In this document: one piece after another, positions 13,301 through 26,089 of the stretch
How the letters are laid out: every line of letters begins with the position of its first letter
Position numbering within the stretch: the stretch's first letter is position 1
DNA from: Lingula anatina
Lineage: Eukaryota; Animalia; Brachiopoda
Reading direction: 5' to 3'
Length of the DNA stretch: 64,000 bases
Assembly: GCA_051362555.1 (NCBI GenBank)
Contig: CM120640.1
Location: forward strand, 12,090,001 to 12,154,000
Notes under the pieces: generated by a model
Databases searched by the model: none
What the model was told of the DNA's origin: nothing
What the model saw: the letters and a program-made list of their open reading frames with translations, nothing else
Translations under genes and position numbers: made by a program

Positions 13301-14955
13301 AAGTCACTGCGAAAACTTAGTCTAGAACACTGTGCCTTGAATGACAAAATATGTGGGTAAGGAGTTAAATTAGCTCAACTTGGCCTTAATATTTAAAAGA
13401 TTATGCCATGAACATATGTCATGCTATTTCCCATTCAACTATTCTTACATATTCTTGTTATATTTTAACTCTACCTCAACATAAAGGACATTGAATGGAT
13501 TATAATTTTTGCACATTTTATAAGAATATAGAGCAAACTGATGACAATTTTTGATAAGCTGCATTCTAAAGCAGACAATAAAAAACTCATTTAATGTTTC
13601 TTCTTCACATTGCAGATACATCAGTGAAAACAAGTTGCTTGAAGTTCTTAACCTCAGTATGTGCCAAGGAATTACAAAGGATGGGTTAAAAGCAATAGGA
13701 AGACAATGTCAAAGGTAAGAAAATAAAATGTGTAGAACTCTTCTTTGTGGTGGTGCTAATCAATAATGAACAAAGCAATCCAATGCCAACATATTTGCTG
13801 TAGCACATTTTACGAGAACTTTTCAAAAAAAAAAAAAAACATTTTTAACTTAGAGTCAATATTAATTGTATTTTTACTCTCCACAGGTTGGAAGCATTAA
13901 ACATAGCCTGGATACAGCCTTCCAAGGAAGTAGTGGACACAGTGGTCACTTCACTGACCAGAGGTCTACTTAAGCTCAATTTCAGTGGATGCAGGGAGCT
14001 TTTATCAGATGAAAGTATGTTCCACTTTTGTTTTGCAGTAAAGGCACTGCGAAGCCAGTGCATCAGTTAGCAACAATCAGTTTTTAAAGAATATTCTTAA
14101 GTTTTGTACAAAACCAAGCCAGTGCATACTGTAAAGCAAGGGTGTTGTATATATATTATTTCGTTTTCAAGTATTATTCACAAGCAATTAATTCAGTATT
14201 TCTCCAATTCTGTTGCAGATGTTCTTCAGCTTGTGACAACCTGTCCACACTTGAGGGAGCTGGATCTCAGTGACAGCACCTTTCTGTCCCCAGCAGCAGT
14301 AGAGTGTGTGGCTGACAACCTGCGTGGCTTGGAATATGTGGCTTTCAGCCGCTGCTACCAGATACCACCCAACACATTTGTGTAAGTAGATTATGTAATA
14401 CTGACATTAATTTGAACTTTAACTATATGTGTTAATATCAACTGTAAGTTGCATGTTCACAACTTGAAGCTTATTTTATAAAATATCTTTAACCAGTGGT
14501 ATTGTGTATCAGTTGTATGAGCTTTTTTCTGTGTAATCATCTCTGAGATTTTTAATTTAATTCTGTTAAAACCTCTGGACCAGTCGGTTTATTGTTTTGC
14601 TCCCATGATAAATGCTTGGCGATTTTTTAAAAACCATGCTCATGTGTGAAATATGTTTGATTAAACAAATAATGTCATCTTCAGGTAAAATTTGCCTGAC
14701 ATTTAATACTAGGATTTCAAAAATTCATTTTTCACCTAATAATTAATACATTACAGTTGTTTAAACCACCTTGTGACCCTGCTGGCATTAGATGTATTTG
14801 GAATGATGAAAGAATCTTCTTTGGAAAATCTGAGAGAAAGTATGTCACAGATTGAAATCAACAAGTATCACTTTTCAAGCATAGCAAGACCTACCACAGG
14901 AATAAGGAGGACAAGTGTTTGGGGTCTCAGAGTTAGAGATCAGGTGGTGGCATGA
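10394..14955 (+). CDS. SKP2: S-phase kinase-associated protein 2 (F-box/LRR), 11 coding exons, ~484 aa
   Basis: Exons 10394-10470, 11002-11191, 11695-11857, 12117-12252, 12383-12497, 12950-12999, 13222-13356, 13616-13714, 13887-14014, 14219-14381, 14757-14955, all in phase. F-box LSDEIILNIFTWLPKCILVKCARVCRRWK-DESLW. LRRs (VQYLDLS, LRKLSLE, LKLNFSGC, LRELDLSDS). SKP2-type tail FSSIARPTTGIRRTSVWG. AATAAA at 15701. Confidence 0.93.
12673..12833. mobile_element. Short foldback/MITE-like palindrome in an SKP2 intron
   Basis: Imperfect ~60-bp inverted arms (cacttacttgagctgtacctaaacaaagctt / aagctttgtttaagaacagctcaagtaagtg) around a ~33-nt loop. Confidence 0.7.
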
Positions 14956-16051
14956 TCTATATTAAAATTCAAAGATTCTATAAATGTATATGCAAACATC
15001 TGTACATGTATACAACATAACTCATACAGCAACAAAGGTCTTGCTTAGTTTGTTGTTTATGAAATTGTGATCTGTAAGTGCTTTGCACTTTCTTAATATG
15101 TTACTGGATGTTATATAATTTTGTACATGATAATTTCTTTTAAGCATGTGAAATTTCTAGTATTCAGTTTTCATCAAAGCTATAAAATCTTTTTGTAATC
15201 TAATTTTTAAATTAATAGGTATTCCAAATGTTAATTTAATTTTAAAAGCTAAAGATTTATTATTTTATCACAACTGGTCTTTGCTTTATATATAACTTAA
15301 CTGCTTTGATTTTAAGTTTTCCGAAATGTGCACATTTTTGAGTTATTGTGTAATGCATATATTTTAAAGAAAAAACAAGCGAATTCACAGAACATTACAC
15401 CTGTTTACCATTGGATTGGCCTTTATCTGAAATAAGGGGGACAAAGCTGAGCCTCAAGGATAAGTCTTGCTGAACATGTCAGTTGCTTGCAGAGCCATGT
15501 CAAAAGTCGTGTTTATCTTAATAAGTTTATTTACATGAAATCTTAACATGAATTTTAAAATCATTGGATATATATATTTGAGGTTTTACTGCAACTCGTA
15601 AAGTGTTACTTTATGTTCTAATTTGAAGAAATGGTTATAGAAGTCATTTAGACGGGGAATAAGCTTTTACTAACTTGTGAAGGTTATCCTTGTCAGTGAC
15701 AATAAACTTTTCTTCTAATAACATTGTTCTTTTTACTCTTTGTTCAATCTTTCTTCAGAAAGTAAGGTTTCAGATCAAATATACATCTCTCTCTAATGAG
15801 AGCCTTAAGACAAGACAATATTTCATAATTTTATTTCTAATGTGTACAAACCACAATTGAAATAGTGAAATTAATTTACAATCAAGTTCTGGCATGGTCG
15901 TTAAGTAGTTACATCCAAGCAGGGCTGTAAGTCATGAAATTAAGGTATCCTGCATGTATTTAATACTGCCCCAGTCATTTTTATCCTGCAGAGTTCATCT
16001 TTCCTAATTCAGACTTAAACAATAAAATGCTCAAAAAGTTAATCTGAAGTA

Positions 16052-16601
16052 CGAGGGCGAGTCAATAAATAACCAGCCTAACCTATTTCGGGTTGAGATC
16101 TACTTCTTTTTCAATATGATTTCCCTCCAGGGCAATGCACTTGGACCAACAGGGTTCAAGTGCAATCAGCCCAGAAGTGAAGAAGTCGGGGTCCTTTCCA
16201 TTGAACCACTCCTCAACTGCGGCCACGACTTGGCTGACAAGACCTGGCTTCATCTTCTAAAGATGTTCTACCGCGTTTAAACTCCCCAACCCAGAATTTT
16301 ACTTGCGCATAAGATGGTGCAGAAGACCCATACACATCAACTAACTCGGCATGTATGTCCTTACCAGTTTTACCTTTTAAATGCAAGTACCGAATTCCAG
16401 CACGGTACTCCATTTTTGATGAAAAGCTTGCTTTTACATCACTAGCCATGTTTGACATTCAATATCTGACAAACAAATGACCATATTCATATGTAGTTTT
16501 GTACCCAGGTACAATACATGTATTGAAACAATGCGTGAAAATCGTGGATGTCTCGGTTGATTGGAGATGTGTTAGGCTGGTTATATATTGGCTCACCCTC
16601 T
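16052..16601 (-). mobile_element. Internally deleted mariner (Tc1/mariner) transposon, 550 bp
   Basis: ~31-bp TIRs (cgagggcgagtcaataaataaccagcctaac / gttaggctggttatatattggctcaccctct) flanked by TA at 16050 and 16602. Encodes the transposase N-terminal HTH (EYRAGIRYLHLKGK...VKFWVGEFKRGRTSLEDEARS) joined out of frame to the C-terminus (VVAAVEEWFNGKDPDFFTSGLIALEPCWSKCIALEGNHIEK). The catalytic DDD core is absent. Confidence 0.93.
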
Positions 16602-17072
16602 TATATTTTCCAAGTTTTAGTACCTTGCATGTACATAAGGCATCTCACAAACCAAGGTCAATGTCTATCACAGGTTCTATGAGGTATAGGTCTTTGGCAT
16701 GTCTAAACTAAGCCAAGTAAATCTTTCTACTCTGCTATATTTACTATTCGAATTATATTTTGCATAAAAAATACAATTAACGCTTCAATGTCCAAATCTG
16801 GTCAAGTTATCCCAATTCTGGGATTTAAATGTTTTCTCAATAATTAAATTTACCAGACAAAGTTAACTCAAAAAGACACTTGTGTATCTTTAATATAAGG
16901 CCAGCACCACCCAAGAGTATATTTTTGAATGCGACAAAATTTACTTTAAAATTCTCTATCCTTGTTTCTTGGAAAGGTAAATGAAGTCCTTATTTTCTCT
17001 TGTCATTTACTTATCCATCTTTCGTAAAGATGCTCATTTGGGCTCCATCACAGATCATGTTTTTCTGGCATA

Positions 17073-20000
17073 TTATTTCTCAAAGTAAGTCATAACTTGA
17101 GTATGCAGCCCAAACTGAAACAAAGACATCACAGGTAAGTAGATAGCATCTTTTGACACTTAAACTACAAGTACTTGTTTAGTACAAATTTCTACACATT
17201 TTCATAAAATTCCCAATTATGAACAGAGTATTTAAATCCGGTTACAAGGAATGTCATGTAACTGAATGGTAAGAGAAAATGCTTACTATTTTGTCATTAA
17301 ATTTAAAGAGAGATAAATACAACCTCGGTGTTTTATCTGGGGATGTGGTCACTTCAGACTTACAAATGTACCACAAACGGTGTGATATCAATACAGCTTT
17401 CATTCATTTCTTTTCCTCAATATATGAAAATGTACAGACCCAACACCATTAATGCAGTTTTACCTTCTAAAAGCCTAACCCCTTCTTCCAAGAATGCTTT
17501 TGGCTCATCCACATTAATTTTAGCACTTTATTCTAATGTAATCATACCTTGAATACCACTGCAAGTAACACTCCCAAAATAAGAAATGGAATGAAAGGAG
17601 GACCACTTGATTTCTTCCCTTTACCACCAATAACCCAATTGATAAAATTCTTTTTTCTCTCAGTGTAGGGAGGATATCGCAGCCTGTAAGCAAAGCATGT
17701 TATGTTAAATGTAAAGGGGGTAAGTTGTCAACATGTGTTCAGCAGCACACAAATGTTTGTTCCAAGTTCGATCTAACGTGTCATCCTATAGGTATTTCGG
17801 ATTATGAAATTCTTTGTACAAAGACAATTGTAAATGAAATTTCAAATTTCATGTACAACCCTGTGATAACTAGTACCTGAAGTGACCACCATGGGAAAGA
17901 GGAAATGGGCAAGTAAAAAACAATGAATTGGGAAAACTCATCATATTTAACCTGATGGCATGTGTTAGTATTACAGGATATTTTTGTATATACCTTCAAA
18001 ACAAGGAATATGCCCAACTTGGACCTCTGTTCACTGCCCACTGGGCATATTTTAAGTGTCCTTCACGGTATGGTGGATACCTCAGACTAGTATGAAGGGG
18101 AGAAAAGAGTTCGGTATTTCAAACTATTTCTAAAATAGTGACCCTTGAACATAACTGCTTTTAATATCAATTGATGGATATAAGAAGATATCAAACTTTA
18201 GTGTATCAAAGACAATTTTATTAGAGGAAATGTCTATGATAACATCTTAAAATCCACTGAACAAAATGACTATTCTATACATATATAATTCCTGTTCTAT
18301 TCAAAGATGACAAGTAAAATTCACATTCCTTAAATATTTTCCCATTGTTTAAGTATTATGAGCCATATAACCCTTACAAGGAACGCTTACCACTTATACA
18401 TTTCTTACTACTTACCCATTTACAGATTCCATATTCAGCGCCTTCATGAGGCATGAGCGTCTGTGAGAGAAGGTCTCAAATGAATGTTTTCCATGGTAAC
18501 CACCCATACCACTGTGACCAACACCACCAAATGGCAGAGTATTTAGTCCAAATTGAACCATGACATCATTGATACAGGCACTGCCACTGCTTGTGCAATC
18601 CAGGATTCGTTTGGCAAGTTTCTTATCATGAGAGAAGACATACAGCGCAAGGGGCTTTTCCCTGAAAGATAAGTAAAAAGTTGAAGATCATACAATAGTT
18701 AAATGTATTGTCGCAGTAAGAAAAAATATGGTCCAGTCATTTTTACAAAAATAATCTTGATTTCTGTCAAAAGCATTTGGGTCAAAACATAAAACAGTTA
18801 GGCAAATTTAGTATTCTAATTGCAAAAAAATCATAACTTTCTTTAGGAAACCTCTTTTACCTGAAACAGGTTACTATTTAAGGTGAAAATATTTGAAAAA
18901 ATATTCTTAATTATCCTTACCCCTCATTAATCATTTCCAAAGCCTCCTCAACACCATTAACTGTTATAATAGGTAGGATTGGACCAAATATCTAGAAAGT
19001 TTTAGTAAACTATTTACTTTCTACATCTTTATGTCAAGCAAAACTGAAACAGTGCTTGGAAATCAGAAGAGGAATCCCACATAAGCATTCCATTTAGCAA
19101 CCTCAACACTAAAAATACTTTTTCCTAGTTATATTCTTTGAGTATCACCACTGTCTGAGTGTAATACAGGATACTTCTAAAGCTTTATCTGTTATTCATC
19201 AAAATATTTCATCAAACATAATGATTATATCTTTAATAAAAAAATAGCCATCAAGGTCTTATTGAAGACCACTATATTTTAGACAACTATATTTTATGCT
19301 ACTATAGCTCACCTCCTCCTGCATGACAGCATCACCAGGTTTTACATCTACAAGTACCGTAGGTTCAATGAACAAATCCTGTTCATCAGTGGCTCCACCT
19401 AATGCAATTTGAGCCCCATTCAACATCTTCTTCAGGCGACTTTCAAAAGGGGGAAAAACAAAATTTTCAATTGAAATGCAGTTTCCTCTGGTCATCACCC
19501 ATTTTTCAAGAAGGCAAACATTCATTCATGCATTTGAGTTCTAATAAATGATATATGGTAGTTTATGGGCCAGTATTGCTCGTGCATTAAAAATTACTCA
19601 TTGATAAAGGTCTAAGACACAAATAGGCAAGCATCCCCTTCCCAGTTCATTTGTATACATACATTAGCTTCTATTATTATCTGAACCTAACCACTGTCAA
19701 AAATGTAACATTTCACAAATTTAAAGTATGAAAAAATTATCTTACTGAAAATGTCTGATATTCACAATCCTACAATAGTAGTCAGACTGCTTTGGGTTCT
19801 TTTCTTCAAAAAACTGCTGAATTGCTCTCTTCATGCTGTCAAGAAAGCGTGCCTAAAATATGATCATAAAAAAATCAATCAGAACATTTGCAGATCATGT
19901 TCTCATGATTTATGAAAAATGCACATCCAGTTCACACTGCGTAAAAAAGTTATTTCAAGAGAAATAGATGCACAGCTATCAATGAAATGATGCAAAACTA

Positions 20001-23000
20001 TTCCCAGTTGATAACACATTTTTAAGTACAGAATTCTAAAATGTGAAATACTTGCATACAGAATCACCCCATTTCATTCTCACAAAACAAAAGGGTACAA
20101 AGGTGCATCTTGAGTTAACACAGTGTAAAAATAATCATGTAAAATTTTAGCAAAAATTTGGATCATTACATTGTATGTAATTCAATTTCTTAGGTTTATT
20201 TTTAAATAGTCCAGTACGTATACTACAATCAATAAATCAAGACAAACCTGAACCTCCTCCGTACAAAGAATGTAGTCTGGGGCAATACATGATTGCCCTG
20301 CATTGACAAACTTCCCCCAGAGAATTCTCTTTGCTGCTACATCAAAATCACAGTTGCTGTCAATATACACAGGACTGAAAATTGAACAAAAGAAAAGTTG
20401 ACTGCACTATCAAATGTAGCACATGGATGGTATTACGTTTTCAAGAGTTCAACTACTAAATGACTGATCTCTATATTTATTTCTCAGGCGGAGAGACCTA
20501 GAGTTTCCTAAGACAGCATGGACAATCCACATATTGGTGCGACTGACCTAACTTTATCTGATGACAATACAAACTGTTCTCTATATAAAATATACATGAG
20601 ATTAAGTGCAATTTAAGAGTGATTCTTATAGAAAGAGATACTGAAGCCAATTTAACTCAATCTTAAAAGACAATTATTAGAAGCTTTGAACGCAATTAAA
20701 TTGAGACTGATTTTAACTTTAACTAGGGGATGAAGCCACAAATGAAATTACAACTGAAAACATCCTTTAAAACTTCATTACAGGTTTTTCTAATGAAAAA
20801 AATACATTAATTTACAGATTTAGGCAATATTGTTACAGCTGATTCATCTAACCAATATTTACCAAATGGTGACATAATATGATTTAAAATATAAAGTTTC
20901 TAAAATGTAATGTGGCCATGAAATAAACACTATGACATCACTCTGGTGTGGACACCCAATGCACGAGGAAAAACGGAAAAAAGGGCATATGGACCTGAAG
21001 TGCTTCCAAGACAATAAATTTCCCTTTCATAAATACTTTGACCAGAACCACAGGAAAAAAGAGGATCAGAGAGCCAGGGGCTGCCTCATTAGAGTACACC
21101 AGCTGAGAGCAGTTGATTAAAAGAGGGTGAATACTGCACCAAGGATTTTTAGCTGTAAAATTAGTTGTATTAAAAGAAAATGCCCAGAAAAATTAATATA
21201 TTTAAACATAAAGAATGAATAGCTGTCTTGCTTACATTTGTATGAAAATGCTCATACCAACCCTTAAAAGTAATGCAGTTCAGTAAGGTGCAGAAAAAAA
21301 TCATTTTGTCCTCATGAAGTTGGAGAAAGAACAGCATCCTTAATCAATGCCAAGAGAATAGTGTAGAGCAAAAACTATGAATAACTCTGAAACTGGAACT
21401 TACGTTAGCAACTGACCAACGTAGCAGTCTCAATCTGAAACCTTTCACTAGGTAATGGCATGGATGGACTAGTGAAAGGTCTTGTGCTGGATAACTGGAT
21501 GACTAAAAACATTCACTTGTTATAGTTTTGAATGTTTAAGACCTCTGCTGCAATGCGCTTGCACTGGCTAGGTTAGTACTTATTTCATCTTGATCAGGTG
21601 AACTCAAAATGAGACTGACCATAATAAATAATTACATGCAGCATTGGTAGTAAAAAGTAGTGGTTACTTCATAATTCCCAACTTGACCTTGAGATATATG
21701 ATATACCTTTTCCCTCCAAGTTCTAGTGTAACTGGTGTAAGGTTTTCTGCTGCAGCTTTCATCATGATCTTGCCAACCATTGTGTTCCCAGTGTAAAAGA
21801 TGTAGTCAAACCTCTCCTTCAAAAGTGAAGTTATCTCTGGTACTCCCCCTGTCACTACTTTTATGCAGTCCTGAACAAAGAAATAGATTTATAATATATA
21901 ATTGCCATTTCATGAAAAATAACAATATAAGTTAATTTTAAATAAATCTAAATATATTCTAAATTTTATGACATATAAACATAGAGATGAAAGTTTAGAA
22001 TATCAACACTCCTATACTCATATGTATTAGGGCTTTTGTATTTCAAAACTATGTGATGTAAGCTTGCCTAATTTAAGCAATATTATATAGCATTCAAATA
22101 CAGATAAGTACATCTTGAAAATGTTGCCACTGTTGTATATTTATTTTAAAAAACAATATCTGTATTCAAACATTGGAAAAACAAATGCAACTTTCTTCAA
22201 ATATATTAGTTGGACTACATACCGCCTACAACTTATTTTACTCAAGGTTTTTAATATTTTAAAATATTATTATTAGTTTGATTCATAATACATTTATGAT
22301 AAAACATAGGTTCTGAACTTTATTGTGCTATATCTAAGGCAACAGCAAAATAATCATATTTTATTGTTTTAATTTCTAAATCAAAATGGAATAATGTAGC
22401 TTACGAATCTCTGTCGCTGAAATTCTCATTTCGTGTATTTTTATGTTGTCATTCTAGCTATTATAACTGCAGGTACAAGCTCCTCATTTGCCCAATTATA
22501 CAATCCACGTATTGTTGGGAAGTGATCCAACAAGGCATTACTCAGGCGTAGTTAAGAAGGTCATGTTTTATCTTAGTGCAAAGGGCCTAAACAGAGAGAG
22601 TAAACCTGGCAAACAGGTGCCAGGCATTGCAGTTTAAAACAGTTGTAGCAGAACAAATTTAAGTCCTGTTGGTGCAACGGGGTGCTGGTGCCCACCACAC
22701 TTGCTTTGATCTTCATAAATGGCAACAGAAAATTAGCACATTACGTACCTGATCTAAATATTGTGGGATGGTTCTTTCTAGAAATTCTGCTGTGGCTTCA
22801 GTCATTTCAGAAGGCTTGATAATAACACAGTTACCTGAAAAGGAAAATGTCTAGGCAAAAGTCTGAGTAAAAAATGTGCTGCCGCCTTGGTGTTACCCCT
22901 AATGTGTGCTTGTATGTAATAATTATAAATAATTTATATCAAGCAAATACATAACTTGCTGCCATATCTTGTAGTACTTTTTCCTTAACACGAACTGCTT

Positions 23001-26000
23001 TTTAGTAAGTCATTTATAATTTTTTCTTTCTAATAATCCTTGTATCAATTGTGTTAGATGCGGCAACCACATGGAGTTCAATGTGTTTTTGTTACCTGCA
23101 GCCAGAGCTCCAATGAGGGGTGCCAATGCAAGCTGCACAGGATAGTTCCATGGGCTGACAATAAGTACCACACCATATGGTTCCCTCTTGATAAAACAAT
23201 CATTTGACATGTTCAATAAATCCTTCTTCACCTAAATAAAGAATAGAGAACAAGTGTGAATTCACAAATGCCCTTGCTGGAGGAGATTCACCCAAAACCT
23301 AATATGTGTGAAAACTTTGAAAGACTGTAACATCTTCACTTCAAAATGTCTTGTTCTGCCAGTACATCACTTACCTTCTCTGGTTTTACCCAGCTGTCTA
23401 GGTTATTCAGTGCATAGTATCCCTCATTCTTTGTCAGGGTAACTTCATTCAGAATTGCTTCAAATTCAGACTGAAACGAAGAGAAAATAATAATTACATT
23501 GCCTTTTAAAGTAATAGTTATGTGTACATTTTCAAGCTAAATTTCAACATCATCATTAAAGTTATCACTGTTATTCTAGATTTTTTTTAGGCTATAATCC
23601 TTGAACAGCATATTGTAAGACAACATTGTATCACATAAATAAAAAAATACAAATCAAGAGAAATCCAGAAAATTTTTTAAACTGATATTACTCTATGAAT
23701 GTTTAAGTAATAACTAATTCACTTACCTTGCGCATATCTTTTTTGACAACCTGACAAATTTCATCTTTCTTATCTTCAATGAGTTGAATTACATTTTGTA
23801 TCTGTTTCCGTCGCCATTCAACAGATTTTGTTTTTCCGGAATTAAATGTTTTTCTCACACTTGCAACAAGCTGTAAATGAATAACTGAATGACATAAGTT
23901 TTATCTCACTAAAAAACAATGCAACTACTAGTGCAGTCAAAAGCTTTCCTAGCTATGAACAAACTAGCAAAATATGAAAAGACACTAAGTTATAACAGTT
24001 TATATGCAAGCAATGAGCCTGTAAAACAGAGATTTCATACATGTAACAGGCTCAGCAAATTACCAATCAATATCAATTACGGCATTGTCGATGTCTTCCT
24101 ACTGATACTACAGCTTACTTCTGTAAGCTAAAATTATAAAGATATTCACAGTTAAAGATATATATGAAGTAAGTACAGATTCCCTATAAGACACATAAAC
24201 CACTACTATCAGTATCTTACACAACTCAAATTAAGTCCACGTGCCAAAAAAATAAATCAAATTAATCTTTCAATCAATAAAATTAAAAAAATTAATACTG
24301 CACCCTCCTCAAATTTCTGGTTGTAAAGGGATAACAACTCTTCATTTTGGAGGGAAAGAGCCATAAAATGAATATTCCTGGAAGAAAAGCCCATCTTCCC
24401 ATATTTTCCAAAGGCTGTGGAATCCAACATTCAAAGTTCAAAGTTATTTGCTTTTTTTTTTTTGTATTTTTTTGTAATAATCTCTTAAGATTTCAGGATA
24501 AGTGCTATGACCGCCGCTTTATTGGTGAAATGGATTTTTTCACATTTCTGTGTATTGTTTACAATGTATTTATTGTAGAATTTTGAATCTAATATGAAGA
24601 GTTGTCTGCCAATGACAATGTATGGCATATTACTTCTGTGTACACAATAGCATAATTATTCAAATGAGAGTTGGTGAAATGACCAAGGATAATATATGGC
24701 ACAAAAAGATAGCAGAAAATATGTTCAAATATCACTATGAGAAATATAAAATGATACCCTTGATATTTCTTTAAGTTATACTTTTTTAAACTATATGGTG
24801 GCATTTGGATGCATTTTTAGTGACAAAGACGTGTCAACTCAGTTCAAATGCATCTTTATATTATCAAGCTAAATAATATGAATACATGGAATATCAATGA
24901 TCTTCACAACATTAGTACACGTGACATGGATAATGTCCTAGTTTTTGACCTCAAATTCAATAAATGTAAACAAACTAAATAATGGACTCAGCTTTCAATT
25001 TGCAGTCACTCTTAGCTGCATCTGCCTCAGCAGTCTACCTGTATGCTGTCTATCACAGTAAATGCTCAAATTAACAAAGGCATACATTGATATGACACAA
25101 CAATTATGCAGTTCACCAAAGCATTTAAATCGAACAACAGTGTTATCTTTATAATAACAAGCTAAATGATATGAATAAATTTATCTATGACCTGTTGAGC
25201 CTTAGCATGCATGACAATATACTAAACATTACCTGCTGATATGATATATGGAAGACATCGTAGTTTTTTTACCTCAAATTCAATAATTCTAAACTGAGGA
25301 AATAATTGCTTTAGTTTTATATTCTCAGGCACTCTTAGCAAAGTCTGCCTCAGCAGTCTACTCAAGAGTGACATCTTTGTAATAAAAAGCTTAAGTCCTA
25401 GTTTTTGACCTCAAATTCAATAAATGTTAACAAAGTAAATATTTGCATCAGTTTTGGGTCTAACATGCAAGGTTCTTACCAGAGGTAGAGCCTCTTCTAT
25501 ACAATGGGGTAACTACCGTTTCGATCCTAGTTAGCACTTTGAAAAATAATTAAGTAATTGTATTGGTACACAAACCAATTTGACAACATTTAACTCTATT
25601 TATTACAGCTATGCAGTAGTTTTAGCACTTACGCATGTCACTTGAAAGTGATGCCACATACAGGCAAAACAATTTCTAACAAAGAGTGCTATGAGGCCTT
25701 ACCTTAGCATATGAAAGGCAGATAACTGAGGCAAAATAAATAAGAGATCATATTAACAAAAGCTTGTAACTTATATGCTTAATTGCCTAAAGAATAAGTT
25801 TAAAATTGTTCTATTTGACAAGATTTTATATCTGAACTCACTGACATATTAATATAAAACTGTCATTCTATTCTTCAACTTTCTGGTCAGTTTACTGTAA
25901 ACTGTGGACTTTCGACCCTGTCCCTCTAGCTGAGACTGCCTGCGCGGTCTACCGGTATGCTGTCTGGCACAGCAAATGCTCAAATTAACAAAGACATGTA

Positions 26001-26089
26001 CTGATATGACACAACAGTTTATGCAGTTCACCAAAAACATTAGAATCAAAAAACAGTGTCATTACCGTCGAGTAAGCAGGAGTTGCCAT
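17073..26089 (-). CDS. ALDH3A2: Aldehyde dehydrogenase family 3 (fatty aldehyde dehydrogenase, ALDH3A2-like); membrane-anchored isoform 501 aa
   Basis: Exons 26089-26066, 23870-23727, 23470-23375, 23231-23096, 22834-22749, 21870-21707, 20374-20248, 19852-19746, 19439-19313, 18991-18921, 18661-18416, 17683-17548, 17114-17073 (1506 nt, in frame). Motifs [31 protein letters not shown], catalytic [41 protein letters not shown], hydrophobic tail [16 protein letters not shown]. The symbol reflects family and architecture; one-to-one orthology is not shown. Confidence 0.92.
17996..18086 (-). CDS. Alternative duplicated C-terminal exon of ALDH3 (anchor-less isoform, 472 aa)
   Basis: Strong acceptor cttttctccccttcatactAG (18088-18087), same phase as exon 17683-17548. 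Encodes [29 protein letters not shown]-stop. Donor AG|GTATAT lies 2 nt after the stop. Confidence 0.8.
24328..24610. mobile_element. MITE, copy 1 (ALDH3 intron 1)
   Basis: Inverted ends acaactcttcat / atgaagagttgt. Internal sequence (caatgtatttatt...ttttgaatct.atatgaagagttgtc) is shared with 44041-44294. Confidence 0.6.
24935..26060. repeat. Degenerate local duplications in ALDH3 intron 1
   Basis: tagtttttgacctcaaattcaataa occurs three times (~24940, ~25260, ~25400). A ~110-bp block aaatgctcaaattaacaaag...atgcagttcaccaaa occurs at ~25040-25145 and ~25955-26060. Confidence 0.7.

Noticed and set aside
16681-16720. VFGMSKL-like peroxisomal tail near the ALDH3 3' end
   Set aside because: On the wrong strand for ALDH3, and SKL is not followed by a stop.
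17905-18350. Second competing stem that could loop out ALDH3 exon A (ttttcccattgttt versus aaacaatgaattgggaaaa)
   Set aside because: AT-rich and needs a large bulge; not distinguishable from chance.
21440-21480. 12-bp hairpin acctttcactag/ctagtgaaaggt
   Set aside because: Too short for a pre-miRNA and no other support; probably a repeat relic.
25703-25730. Possible alternative ALDH3 5' exon ending LSYAK|GTAAGG
   Set aside because: Good donor, but no in-frame ATG, and the nearest acceptor gives a frame-breaking 23-nt exon.
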